Shown here piece after piece: positions 48,761 through 61,189 of a stretch of DNA of 64,000 nucleotides. Each line of letters opens with the position of its first letter. The stretch's first letter is position 1. The DNA is from Octopus sinensis (Eukaryota), in the NCBI RefSeq assembly GCF_006345805.1, contig NC_042997.1, forward strand, positions 184,760,001 through 184,824,000. Reading direction: 5' to 3'. Both the position numbers and the translations under genes were made by a program. The notes beneath the pieces were generated by a model, which worked only from the letters and a program-made list of their open reading frames with translations, ran no database searches and was not told where the DNA came from.

Positions 48761-51599
48761 TATAAATGCAAAAAAACAATAATAATAATAATAGCAGGAC
48801 ACAACAATAGGCGTCTTTCGACTGTTTAATCAGTGCTCTTGTTACAATATAAACCTCTTAGTGGAAACCGATTGCTTCAGTGCCTGAGATGTGTGAAAAC
48901 ATGACTCTGATGTTATCCACGTATACAGATCCCATTATTCTGTGTTTTAGTGTCAGAAGAATGCATTTTAGTTTCGAACTGTTTCTGTACTAAGTGCTGA
49001 CGGCATAAAATGCTTAGAAGAAAGGTCATCGTCATCAGACCAGACGTGAGTTGTTAGACGTCTCCATAGGTAGCAATTTACCCTGGCCACCATATAAACA
49101 ATACGGGAAAATGAGAAGACTTAACCTTTAACAATATGACCGTAATCAGCGGTGCATAGAACAACTATCGGGAACTGATGTATAGCCCTGTCACACGTTA
49201 CAGTCTGATCTAAACTGATCAACATTCTACGGCACTAAAGCCCGATCTAGTGTCATAATGCATGAAATATATCTCACCCTGCACATATATTCCTGGAATC
49301 GCACACGTTTGCGCGGATCTGCACGTAGAATTTAGAGTAAAAACCAGCCTCTCTGTTAACATCTTGGTCATATGATTTACTCTGCATTGAAAATTGTAAT
49401 GGAATTAAAACCATCAGAGTACACACGTCGGCTAAACTAATAGAACTATCCTTACTACTCCTGTCCTAGAATACCAAACTAGTGTTTACGTCCAGAAATA
49501 TGAGACCTGGTCTCTGGGTCGATGAATTTCAGGAGCAACATCGTTAATCTATACTATCCGTATAATCAGATGTAATACGACGAAACGTCCATAAAGTGTG
49601 TAAATTCACCGTGAACGACTCTTTTAATAACAAGAGTCACTGATAACTAAAAAAAGTCTATCTTTAGTGAATTAATGTTATTCAACAAGGAATCTTGCTT
49701 CCAGACACTCCCAAATACACTCAGTATTTTGAGAGAACTACCTTTCCATGTTTGATATATGTTTAAGACATCCATGATCAAGCAAAGTGAGTAAAACGTA
49801 ACTGGAAATTGGATTTTAATTTTTAAGAGGTCGGTGTGTTGCTCCAGCATGGAACTGTCAAATATCAGCGACAAGAAATTCTTTTATGATCGCTTTATCC
49901 AGTTTATCTAATTTCGTTTTTTGTTTTATGACAGAGATTTACATTTGCCTTCTCTATCAGCATAATGTTTCTTTCCAATATTTTGAATGATAATTGGGCC
50001 AACTGGGGAACCTCTTTACGGTCACTGGAATTGCTAGAAACAGCAGGGTAAATTCTCAACTTATATTTTACTGCTTTGAAAACTTTGAGAACATATTGGA
50101 AATTATCGTTATTGGTTTACTTTGATGTAGACGGGAAGGTGTTTCACGTGACCGTTTCATAACTTCGAGATTGGTGAGATGGTTACTATCAATGTTTAGT
50201 ATGCACATCCAAAATGGTAGAGAGGGAATTCCAGCGGATTAAAATTCTGCAAAAAAAAAAAAAAAAGGATTGACAATGAGTGACCAGAAGGTAAAAGACG
50301 GGTTGTGTCGAATTACAGTTTCTTCGATCAGTCTCAGGATGTGAGTAAGTGCATAAGTGTTACCCTCCCAGATATCGGTTAACTACTCCTTTATAGAAAG
50401 CCTGCAACTGATCAAAGATGTCATATGTTATAGTTCTGATGAAGAAGGCTATTATTTATCAATGACAATGCAACATCCTGTAGAGAGTATTATCTCTGTG
50501 TTTTTACTTGTACACAGCTGCACTGTTAAACTTTAGGAATCATGAATGTTGAGTTCTGTTTCAAACGTTCATGCACGGATTTAACAAACCTTTATTTTGT
50601 TTTCTCAATATTCTCTACATTAATACTATCATGTTGTCTTACAGGGCATTTCCTTTTTGTTTTCTCTGTTATTTATACGATGTCTACATTCGTATTGGTG
50701 ATTAATTCCTGATCAGCTTTAGTTGAACATACTTAGGATAAAATGTAATCCAGCCGTTACAACTCCATCTTTTCTCACACACTTTGCCTGTGGTTACAGC
50801 ATCCAATATTTTCTTTCTCTTTATGTAATTATTAAGTTCTTTGAGTGAGGATAGAGGACTTAGCTGTAATTTCTAACAGTCTGAGCAACCGTTGGCCCGA
50901 AAAGATTACAGTTTCTCTGGGATTTGATGCGAGAATCTCTTGCATCCAAAGACAATCACATATCCGGATCAACAAATCACACTCTAGTAATACGATTTCA
51001 TTATTTTCTTATCTAAAACAATATTTTTTACATTTAAATTTTCAATTTCGCACGTATTATAATCTAAAGAATGAATGGTACTAAGATCCCCCATGGGAAT
51101 CAACTTCCTCTATTCACACAATAACAACATTCTGAAGACAAAATATATGAAAATAAACAGCAATATTTAACTCCCTGATGGAGTTTAGATTATGTTAGTA
51201 AACCTCAACTACTATACGGTCCAAATGGGAGGAATTTGAAAACAAGTTTTGCTCGATAAAATGCAAATAACTATAATAATGCGCCATGTAATAATTTAAA
51301 GCAACTTACTCAGCAGATACTATTCACCATTAAACACAAAACAGAAGTCACGCAACTGATTTGAAATATAATCACTACGCAAAGAAATTATGTAACGCTT
51401 ATAATCACATTTTCTACATGATAAACTGTTGGGGCATTATGGTAATGTTAGAATTACATAAGCCCCACAACAATGAAAACATATGTCATATTTGAAGATA
51501 ATCCTAACTTATCATAGTTACCAGGGGAAAAAACTGCCGACTCTGCTTGATGAAAGGAGGGTGAAAGGGCGGACTGTCTCCTAGACGGACACCGCCGAA

Positions 51600-51890
51600 T
51601 GCCAGGTTCGTTCCACACCTACTGTTGTTGCTGCTTAACTTAGATTCTCTGGTCAGTAATACTCCGGTACTAGCGAGTGCATGAAAGAATGCTTCCATCG
51701 CTCTAGCACATCGCCGAGAGACCCGCCTCACAATATTTTTGTAAATGAAGAGTTTCTTGAGAACCAGATCATATGCTTCTGGAAATTTTCTATAGTAGTG
51801 TCCGTTCCAAAGTCCTTCGGAATTGACCAGTCAGTTCGTACTCATCGACACATAGAGTTTCTCCGGGGACCTCGTCGCTTTTCCGTCCAC
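51600..51890 (+). pseudogene. CR1/L2-type RT N-terminal fragment
   Basis: MKECF..FLENQIICFWKFSIVVSVPKS resembles LKEC..SLE..IP..WK.S.VVPVPK. Confidence 0.55.
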
Positions 51891-51957
51891 TAATCGCACT
51901 ATAGATTGGTAACTCGGAACCCAAGTACACAACTAGTAAAAAGCGATGAAGGGTTGA

Positions 51958-52200
51958 CAATATACGAAATTTCAGGCGCTCAATTGTACCAAATAACGAA
52001 AATGAAAAGAAGTTTATATCGGACTATTTGAAAGTGGCTTCAAACAAAGATATGCCAAACACCACTCTACTTTCTGACATGAAGACAAGAAGAAAACCCA
52101 CCAAGCCTGCTAACTACATCTAGGACCGAAAGGACAAAAATACCTAACCCATTATCTAAGAACTCTACAGATATACTATCGAACTGGAGAACGCTACCCT
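51958..52200 (+). pseudogene. Penelope GIY-YIG endonuclease fragment
   Basis: EVYIGLFESGFKQRYAKHHSTF*HEDKKK, then in a shifted frame TKPANYI*DRKDKN. Confidence 0.75.
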
Positions 52201-52290
52201 CTCAGATTAGGCATCCAGCCTCATTAACGCTATCCTTTCCCCGTCAGATTAAACCCTGCTAACAATTTTTAATTCACGTATGTATATATA

Positions 52291-52505
52291 TTCTTTTATC
52301 CTTTTATTCGCTTCAGTCATTTTGAATGCGACCATGATGTAGTACCGCCTATAGTCGAGCAAATCGACCCTGGACTTATTCTTTGTCAGCCTAGTACTTA
52401 TTCTATCGTTTTCTTATGCCGAACGGCTAAGTTACGGGGACGTAAACACACCAGTATCGATGTCAAGCGATGTTGGGGGACACACACACAGAAACATATA
52501 CACAC

Positions 52506-52544
<39 letters not shown>

Positions 52545-52673
52545 CGACGGGCTTCTTTCAGTTTCCGTCTACCAAAACCTTGATCGGCCCGACGCTATAG
52601 TAGAAGACACTTGCACAAGGTGCCACGTAGTGGGACTGAACCTGGAACCATGTTGTTGGTTAGCAAGCTACTT
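52291..52673 (-). mobile_element. SINE family A, head clipped, joined to the Tx1 fragment
   Basis: Reverse complement of family A starting at AAGTAGCTTGCT. Confidence 0.9.
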
Positions 52674-54370
52674 TTATTCATTAAATTTGCCATGAAGGCA
52701 GTACATAGATGTAGCTTTGCAGGCTGGACGTAGACAATGATGGTATGAATGATGGTGATGGGAGAGGACGAAAGCGCCCGCCGACTTCCGCTTCCCTAAG
52801 ACAATGTTCTTTTTTCAAAAAATCAAAAAGTCACAAAATTTCACAAAAGTCACAATGAGGCAATGAACCTCTTTCTCAATATGATACAATTTTTTCTTTT
52901 TAAAACATTCAAAAAGTTCAAGTCACCCGGCCGACCAGCGCTCTTGCTTTATCGAGGCAATCATCCTTTGTCGGGACGCGCCATGCAGGTATATATTGAA
53001 AGGAGTCCTCCGGGAAGGAATCCACGATCCTGCACAGATCGCTATCCCATAGGACCTCCACAGCCACCTGCGAAGGCCACTCAGAGTCCTCCGTGCAGGA
53101 CCGAAGTCCCTCCCATTGGCCTCTCCCTTCCATTTTACCTATCTCGTTTACAAGCGTTCCTTGAAGACCACATATTGATCCTCCGGCAGCACATCCGCCT
53201 GAGGAGGCTTGGGAGACGCCGTCTGCGTGTTACAATCCGCCGGCGGCGTCCCGTTTCTCTTTCTTCTTTTTTTCCCTTTTTTTCCCTGGGCCGCGGGAGG
53301 GTGAGGTTCCTGTGTTGCACACAACGGGTCCTCTTTTTCTCCCGCAGCTCCCGGGTCTTTCGGTGGGTCACCATTGTTGCCCATCTTTCTTTTCTTTTTT
53401 GAGGATGTAGCAATTTCCTCGTTCTGTTTCTCTCCCTCCATTGGAGGAGCAGGGAGAGACTCCAACACTAACCGCTCCAGGATCCTACTTTGGTCCCTGG
53501 GGCAGTTCTTCTTAATGTGGCCGGTCTCCAGGCACAGGTGACACTTGGGGGGGGGGCGTCCCTCAAGCATCACCGGATACTTGGACCCGCCCATCCTCAA
53601 GAAATCTGTAAAAAACCAGACTTTTGGCTGATTGGGTCCATAGGGTCAAAACAACTTTCGACCCCACTCCCACCCCAATCAGCCGCAGGCAACATTTTTA
53701 CATTTAACAGCTTGGCACTGCTACCACCCAGACCCCGGCGGATAGAGTCCTTTATCCACTCGGGCTCAACTCCGGGTGGTAGGCCGCAGATCCAAGCCCT
53801 CAATAGTTTTTCTCCCATATAGTTTGGGAGAAACAATATTTCTTTGCCCTCAAGGGGCTGGCTTGCAAAGTCGCAAGCTTCTTTTGGGGAGTCAAATAGC
53901 AACCAGATCGTTGCGTATTTCACTCCCCGCAAGATAAATTTAACGGCTGGCATGTAGTCCGCCAGCTCGTTTAAAATTGTGGCCTTCGGGAAGACAGCTA
54001 TGGTGTCGAGCGACTTCGAATAAGTCCTCAACACTACGGTCTTCCTTTCCAGCTCTTTTAAATATTTTTGGGAGGTGTTAGGTCCCACACAATAAATTCC
54101 TTTGCCATTTCGAAACGGAATCCAATTAAAGTTCAAAAGTGTAAGAAAATAAATAAGATACAAAGAGGGAGAGGGGAAAACACAACAGAAGAGAAGAATT
54201 ACAATAAAAATAACAGTTCAAAAGAGTTCTTTTTAAAATAAACGATAGCTGGAAGAAGAGAGTTCAAATTCAGCAAAGGAATTAATTTTTTTGGGGGGGC
54301 CGAAAAGGTACTCCTGGCCAAACGTCCAAAAGAGTCCTTGGTTATCCTTGGTACTTCTTGGTAAATCCAA
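52674..54370 (-). mobile_element. 5' part of an L1/Tx1-like LINE (5' UTR, ORF1, inter-ORF region, first codons of ORF2)
   Basis: GC-richer block with pyrimidine-rich leader, gag-like ORF and ATGGCAAATTTAATGAATAAA before the SINE junction. Confidence 0.75.
53148..54163 (-). pseudogene. LINE ORF1 (gag-like) with CX2CX4HX4C zinc knuckle, frameshifted
   Basis: Track ORFs 53597-54163 and 53148-53600 abut; EGRPPPKCHLCLETGHIKKNCP knuckle followed by a K/P-rich disordered tail. Confidence 0.8.
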
Positions 54371-54427
54371 CACAAAGGCAATTAATTTTTGAGATATACA
54401 GATATATACATGCAGAACATACATGCA

Positions 54428-55194
54428 GGCCGCGTGCATACGTGCATATGTATTTATGTATGGACGTTCGTATATGTAAGTATATCGTTTGTTCTGCATG
54501 TATATATCTGTATTTATGTACTCTTGATATATTCAACCGATGACGGTAAAGCTTATTTAAAGCAAAACCAGAAATCCTGGATCTTGAATTATTCAATAAT
54601 TTTTGCTTGTATATTTTGTCAATCTGTCTTATCTCATGGTGCGACACGAACCCTTAACGTGGTTTTTATAGTCAGAGTTTCGACTGCTATTTCGCATGTT
54701 GGTGTCTCTTAGACACCCTCATTTTTAATTGTTAAAATTATTACCTTTGTACGTATTTTCCCATGCTGGCCACTAGATAATATGGATACTTAAATATCGA
54801 TATTATCCTCATATATAAATATATATATTCGTTATTATTTTCACTGCGGTGTTTATTTTAACCGTGTCGTACTTTGGGATGATTCGGCGGGTAATTTAAC
54901 TGGCCGCGTGCATACGTGCATATGTATTTATGTATGGACGTTCGTATATGTAAGTATATCGTTTGTTCTGCATGTATATATCTGTATTTATGTACTCTTG
55001 ATATATTCAACGATGACGGTAAAGCTTATTTAAGCAAAACCAGAAATCCTGGATCTTGAATTATTCAATAATTTTTGCTTGTATATTTTGTCTATCTGTC
55101 TTATCTCATGGTGCGACACGAACCCTTAACGTGGTTTTTATAGTCAGAGTTTCGACTGCTATTTCGGCATGTTGGTGTCTCTTAGACACCCTCA

Positions 55195-55202
<8 letters not shown>
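54428..55202 (+). repeat. Near-identical 300-bp direct repeat (54428-54730, 54902-55202; period 474), family H3
   Basis: Copies differ mainly by single-base homopolymer indels; 171-bp unique spacer; (TA)n follows copy 2. Confidence 0.95.
54531..54589 (+). ncRNA. Type I hammerhead-ribozyme-like fold
   Basis: Stem I ATTCAA/TTGAAT, core CCGATGA, stem II CGGT..GCTT/AAGC..ACCA, GAAA, stem III ATC/GAT, AUC triplet; second copy 55005-55061 lacks one core C. Confidence 0.6.
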
Positions 55203-55259
<57 letters not shown>

Positions 55260-55334
55260 ATATGTATATATATGTATATATACGTACACACACACACTAC
55301 ACACAAATATATATCTGAAATTTACAGAAAAACA

Positions 55335-55900
55335 AAAGAGAAAGACAGGTATATAAAGACATAATGAGAATCAAAACGCCACAAAGTTCGATGAAATATA
55401 TGGAATGATGGGACTTGATTATTGGACTCCACTTAAATAGCTGAAGCTCTATTCTCTGCAACGCAACCGTAAGCGATACATTATTTGCACCATGTGGAAA
55501 ATATTCAACCAATATTATCCAAATGATACTGGCATTATGTTTATAATTCACCCAAGACTATGCCTCCATGCAATGCGTCCCCTACAAAGATCGAGATCAC
55601 ATCCCATAAGAATATTGCGACACAATTTCTTCACTGCAAATGGTCCTGCTCTGTTTCAATGTTATCCCAAAAGAAATTAGAGTAGAAAAAGACCCCACAA
55701 CTTTCAAACGGTACCTGGACAAATTCCTCCAGGAAATACCGGATACACTACCTACACCTGGATACTTCTCAACCAACAACAGCTCTCTGCTCAAGTGGTC
55801 CATTGTGTCCCGAAATAATTAACTAAAGGACTTTTCTAGGTGGGGCTATTGAGTTATTCATGGCCTGGGCCGATAATGGCTGAAACCATTCTACGCTATC
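55335..55900 (+). mobile_element. CR1-clade LINE 3' end
   Basis: LDYW..LK*LKLYSLQRNRKRYII..WKI..HPRL..NFFTANGPALF / KEIRVEKDPTTFKRYLDKFLQEIPD..PGY. Confidence 0.88.
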
Positions 55901-56374
55901 TAGGTTACAGACCTGCATAATTTCCTCATCTCTTCAGATGATAGCCGCCTAACATTAAATCTGATGGTTTTGATTTGCTATGGCGATGGATATCCATCGC
56001 CATAATACTTCATATAATACAAAACGGATCAACAAATGAAACGATAGGGAGACATTTGTACATCAGTGGATTTAAGAGAGAAAAGATTTTCAGCAGTTTT
56101 GGCACTCACTACGTCGACATACAATATTCCACTGACAAGTACTGGAAGATGACTGGTACTATTTTGTGTGGAAGTTTTATGTCAGAAGATCTTTCTCCTG
56201 GGCATAACGGCGTCTCTTCTACCCCTGGCAAATCTGTTTAATCCAAAGGTTCAGGAATAATGTAATTAGAGGGCTACTACATGCTACCCACCCCTCTCTA
56301 ATCCCCAAATTGCAGACGCATCACCGGGTGCAATTCAGTGTCACACATGCATGTATACATACTGATATGCATAC

Positions 56375-56607
56375 AAGGCGGCGAGCTGGCAGAAACGTTA
56401 GCACGCCGGGCGAAATGCGTAGCCGTATTTCGTCTGCCGTTACGTTCTGAGTTCAAATTCCGCCGAGGTCGACTTTGCCTTTCATCCTTTCGGGGTCGAT
56501 TAAATAAGTACCAGTTACGCACTGGGGTCGATATAATCGACTTAATCCGTTTATCTGTCCTTGTTTGTCCTCTCTGTGTTTAGCCCCTTGTGGGTAGTAA
56601 AGAAATA
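56375..56607 (+). mobile_element. SINE family B with 11-bp TSD
   Basis: TSD GATATGCATAC at 56364-56374 and 56608-56618. Confidence 0.94.
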
Positions 56608-56639
56608 GATATGCATACTGATATGTTTACATACGTACA

Positions 56640-56941
56640 GACCGTTCTTATGATACAAGGATGTTTGCAAAAGGGACATGAAGGCCTGCGACATCGATAT
56701 TAGCAACTGGGAAGCAGTTGCTAGCAATCGTGGAGGTTGGTGACGTACCGTAAAAGTGGGAACACAAAGGAGTGACAGAGGGAGAGAGGAGAAATGGAAA
56801 GACAAGACATCAACAAGAAACTATGACGTTACAACCAGCCAGGCAAAGTCTTCGTTACATTTGTATTAGGACATGAAATGTAAAAGCCGGACTAGATTAT
56901 TTTATGCGCAACTCCATTGTCTCCCGAGACAAACAGGATGC

Positions 56942-56948
<7 letters not shown>
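56640..56948 (+). mobile_element. RTE-clade LINE 3' end
   Basis: YKDVCKRDMKACDIDISNWEAVASNRGGW; tail CTCCATTGTCTCCCGAGACAAACAGGATGCCAACAA. Confidence 0.8.
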
Positions 56949-56974
<26 letters not shown>

Positions 56975-56980
<6 letters not shown>

Positions 56981-57264
56981 ATCACGTGACCGACCAGTCC
57001 ATCAGATGTAGTTACACATCGCTGGTCACAATGCGTTCGCATTGATTTAGCCTTCGAATGACGCCATCCCACTGGCTAAGCGAGCAGGCCAACAGAAGAA
57101 AGAGTGGTGAAAGAGTACAGCAGGGATCACCACTCCCTGCCGGAGCCTCGTGGAGGTTTTAGGTGTTTTAGCTCAATAAACACTCACAACGCCTGGTCTG
57201 GGAATCGAAACCGCGATCCTACGACCGCGAGTCCGCCGCCCTAACCACTAGGCCATTGCGCCTC
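56975..57264 (-). mobile_element. SINE with family C head and tail type 3
   Basis: Head and body match 13357-13742 up to the ..CTCTTTCACCAC..CT(C/T)T(C)TC point, then a different tail ending CACGTGA(TA)n. Confidence 0.9.
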
Positions 57265-57463
<199 letters not shown>

Positions 57464-58015
57464 ACAATACTTATAATGATAGAAAATTATTCGGTTTTTT
57501 TTTGCATTTCATACAACAAGTTTTTATGGTTACGACGACCTACCCGTGTTTCCACGGCATGGAATATGGGCAGTTGCATGTGCAGCCATGCATAATTTTC
57601 TCTGGGTTATTTAACGAGCTTATATTAACATATATATTTTATTTTCTATGTTTTACTTGTTTCAGCCATTCTGACTGCGGTCATGCTGGGGCACTACCTT
57701 GGAGGATTATTTTAAACTTTGTACTTACTCTACCGGCCTCTTCCACACGCTTCTCACCACACAGATGCGCGTGCGCCTATATATATATATATTTGTGTGT
57801 GTGTGTATACTTACTATCATGCATACATGACTCTACCGTAGACGCTATCTAAATTTCTCAGAAGATCCTTACTTCTGGACTGCATTGTTGAATAATTCGC
57901 AAAGTAAATAGTATAAATGCATGTCTATATATAAATGCATAAATACTTGCATACATACATACATACATACATACATACGTTCATACACACATACATGTAT
58001 ACATACATATACATA

Positions 58016-58060
<45 letters not shown>

Positions 58061-58305
58061 CCATGTATATATAGACATGTTTACAAACTTGTATGTGTGT
58101 AATACATGAATGCTTGTGTATATGTATATATATATATATAATATATATTCACATATATATATATATATTCCATTCAGAAATCATATACCAACGTTGTGTA
58201 TTATATATATATATATATATACACATACATACATATATACATACATACATACATACATACATATGTACATATATGTATATATATATGCATATATGTGTGC
58301 ACATG

Positions 58306-58345
<40 letters not shown>

Positions 58346-58432
58346 TATATGTATGTACGTATATCATTAGAGACAGGTCCGTTCGCCTGCGTGAATATAC
58401 GCGTATAGCTAAGCGTCGTGTCTTTTTGTCAG

Positions 58433-58442
58433 TTAAAATGAG
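58433..58442 (+). CDS. Candidate 10-nt micro-exon (TTAAAATGAG), phase 1-2
   Basis: GCTAAG branch-like motif, GTGTCTTTTTGTCAG acceptor, GAG|GTAAGA donor; only one frame open. Confidence 0.28.
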
Positions 58443-60459
58443 GTAAGATAGGGAAAAAGACAAAAGAAAAAAGTTGAAAGCGAGAAACAAAAAACAAAAA
58501 ACAAAGAAAATAAAAAGAGAAGTTTAATCTTCCTTCACACCTGGGTAGATCTGAATATACCCTGCTGTGATGTTTAGTAAGGCGTTAGGGCATTAATGAA
58601 AAGTTAGCACCTCTTAAGATAACTTCTCACCAGATAATAGGTTTTCTTCTTGTATGCATGAAGTTTCACAGCAACTTGCCGAAAAAAACAGTCGTAGTTA
58701 TTATATGCAATAAATATATTGCTTTTAGTTCTATAGTTTGTTCCTTTATTCTTGTGAGTTTGTTGGTTCTACTTTTATCTTATTCTTGTATTGATCATTG
58801 GAAATTCCCACCCCCTATTTTATGGGCGCCTTTTAACGGTGCTGACACACACAGATACGCATACAAACACACGGAAACACACGCATAGACATATACTTGT
58901 GCGTATTTGTATGTCAGTGTATGACTGATTCTGAACACATATAGATGTTTCACGCATATATTCACATATATATGTATATATATATATATGTGTGTGTGTT
59001 TATATGTATGTGTGTATGTGTGTTTGCGCGCTCGTGCGCGTATATATATATTGGTACACATATAGATCTATACATTTATATGTGTTCAATATATATACAT
59101 GTAATATACATACATAAATATATATGCGAGCTAAGTGTGTCGCTATATTATTTTTTCGAGTGAATGCACATCTTTTATCGGAGATTAAGAAATAAAATAT
59201 TTATGCTTATCCCATTCATAAAGCATAGAGCTTGGTGTTGTATGATTATACGTATGTGTGTATGCCTGTTTTGTTTTTGGGTATGAGTGTGTGTTTGTGC
59301 TAGTAGGTATGGCTATATATATATTTATCTATATCTACTAGCATCTATACACGTGCTTCAGCATATATACATATTCTTATACGTATATATATATATTTGT
59401 CTGCAATCACCCGTAAGACATTACTCAAACGTTCACATAACTACAACTATAGCGACACTTGTATTAGAATATCATACATACGTATATGGAAATACATGTG
59501 TGCGCATGTCTTCTTTCCTACTTACGCTTGTGCATTCTTATTGGAAAAGAACCCACCATCCTCGCTGCAACTATCAATCTATTTTTAATTAAAGCAATGA
59601 AAAAGGAAAAAAACTTTTCTAAGGTATTGTGAAATTTGTTTTCGGCTTGTGTCATGAAAACACATTTTAGTCGGCATGTGTAAACGCCACTGGAAGTATG
59701 TGTTTTTTACTTTCTTGTCGCCATTGTGAACAGGATCTAATATTATTTGCCAGCTACTTATCTACTGGGTTCTGTACTTCAACAAAATTGTTCTACTGGA
59801 TAGTGAAAAAACAATAAACGCGCATTTATGTTATTGACTGTAATGAAAATATAACGCAACACTTGGTATTATGTGACTTTAACTGGAAGAAAATATCTGG
59901 ATTAAAACTAAAGATGTAATAACCAGACAAGTTGGTATTAAAGGCTGAATCAATAAATTATTAGCCTTCACTGAGAATGTGGCAAATATATATTGGCTTA
60001 GATAGGCCTGTAAAACGAATTGAAAATTTTTGAGCACTGGAGTGGATTCTTACGGTGACTCGTTTAGTAGGAAAAAAAAATGTCATACAGATGTAGTCTC
60101 ACCGGCATCACAATCACTCTCTTCAGCTCATTCTATCCCTCTTTCCCTTTGATTTTTTTCTCTTTCAGTATATCAGCTTCTGCACTTTTTATTCCCTCGT
60201 TGGCTGTTTCTTGCATTTTTCGTGTGAGATACTCCATCTTTCTATTTTTCATAATATGGTTAAATTCGTTAACACTTTCATATTTTTCAGCTTCTTGCGT
60301 TTTCCTTATAACTTTTCTGCTATGAGAACCGAATTTGGAAACAGCGTCGAAAATTTGTCAGTTCGTATAATCTTCCTTGCACAACTGCCTTATTTTTAGT
60401 ACTTAATTCCAAGAAAGAGCAGCCACTGACAAAAGTGTGGCCGACAAAATGACTTGTAA

Positions 60460-60645
60460 CATTGATTTCAAATTTTGGCACAAGGCCAGCAATATCGAGG
60501 TAGGACGTAAATCGATTATATCGACTCCGAAAGGAAGAAAGGAAAAGTCGAGCTCGGCGGAATTTGAACTCAGAACGTGAAGACGGGCGAAATGCCGCTA
60601 AGTATTTTGCCCGGCGTCCTAACGATTCTGCTAGCCCGCTGCTTT
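60460..60645 (-). mobile_element. SINE family B, diverged
   Basis: AAAAGTCGAGCTCGGCGGAATTTGAACTCAGAACG core. Confidence 0.75.
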
Positions 60646-60804
60646 AAAATTACCTGCAATATTAATTATATTTCTTTCGATTTGGAGTTGAAATACCATC
60701 GAAATCTCTATGCTTTTCATTGATGTGGAGGCAAATATATAGGTACCTGTAAAATAATATGGTAGATAAACCGACTTACCCCCAACAAATTGCTTCTATG
60801 TTAG

Positions 60805-60880
60805 AAAACCTTATGATGCTGTTCAGTCAATGATGACCCAGTTATTAGAGGTTGTGGCGGTGATTGATCCATGTTTCTAG
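60805..60880 (+). CDS. Candidate 76-nt exon (KPYDAVQSMMTQLLEVVAVIDPCF*), entered in phase 2
   Basis: TTGCTTCTATGTTAG acceptor, TAG|GTGAGT donor; the only open frame matches the exit phase of 58433-58442 and ends in TAG at the donor. Confidence 0.28.
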
Positions 60881-61189
60881 GTGAGTTTTGTTCGAAATAT
60901 GAAATTTTACTTGTTCCTTGAGCTCATCAAATGGAGATGCTAAAAGAAGTCATCCTCAAAAATTTCCCCATTTCAAAACGTATAATTAATTTCAGTATCC
61001 TTCAAACCTGCTACGTTTACTCAATATGCGACTTCTTCGAGTCGTGTGTTTCCTTAGTGTACAGGTAGGAGTATTTTCGCAGTTTACACCTAGTTGATAG
61101 TGGTAGGGACTGTGTGTATATGTAGCGTTTGCGGTTGTTGTATTTGACGTGAAAAGCAGGGATTTTGTGCGTGTTTGGGAAATGATGCT

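Noticed and set aside
50276-50346. ATG-initiated mini-exon ending AT|GTGAGT
   Set aside because: No promoter or acceptor support; the donor motif is expected by chance.
52863-53402. 179-aa + strand ORF and 53490-53822 ORF
   Set aside because: Antisense shadows of the GC-rich LINE ORF1.
54655-54705. Second hammerhead on the minus strand of H3 (GCAGTCGAAACTCTGACTA)
   Set aside because: GAAAC and a partial stem III are present but there is no CUGANGA-like core; at most a relic.
55975-56241. 88-aa ORF with signal-peptide-like start
   Set aside because: TTG start, no homology recognised; the opposite strand weakly resembles an RTE C-terminal remnant.
60100-60322. Minus-strand K/E-rich frame after a TTCTCATAG acceptor
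   Set aside because: No donor, no recognisable motif and no partner exons on that strand; purine bias can explain it.
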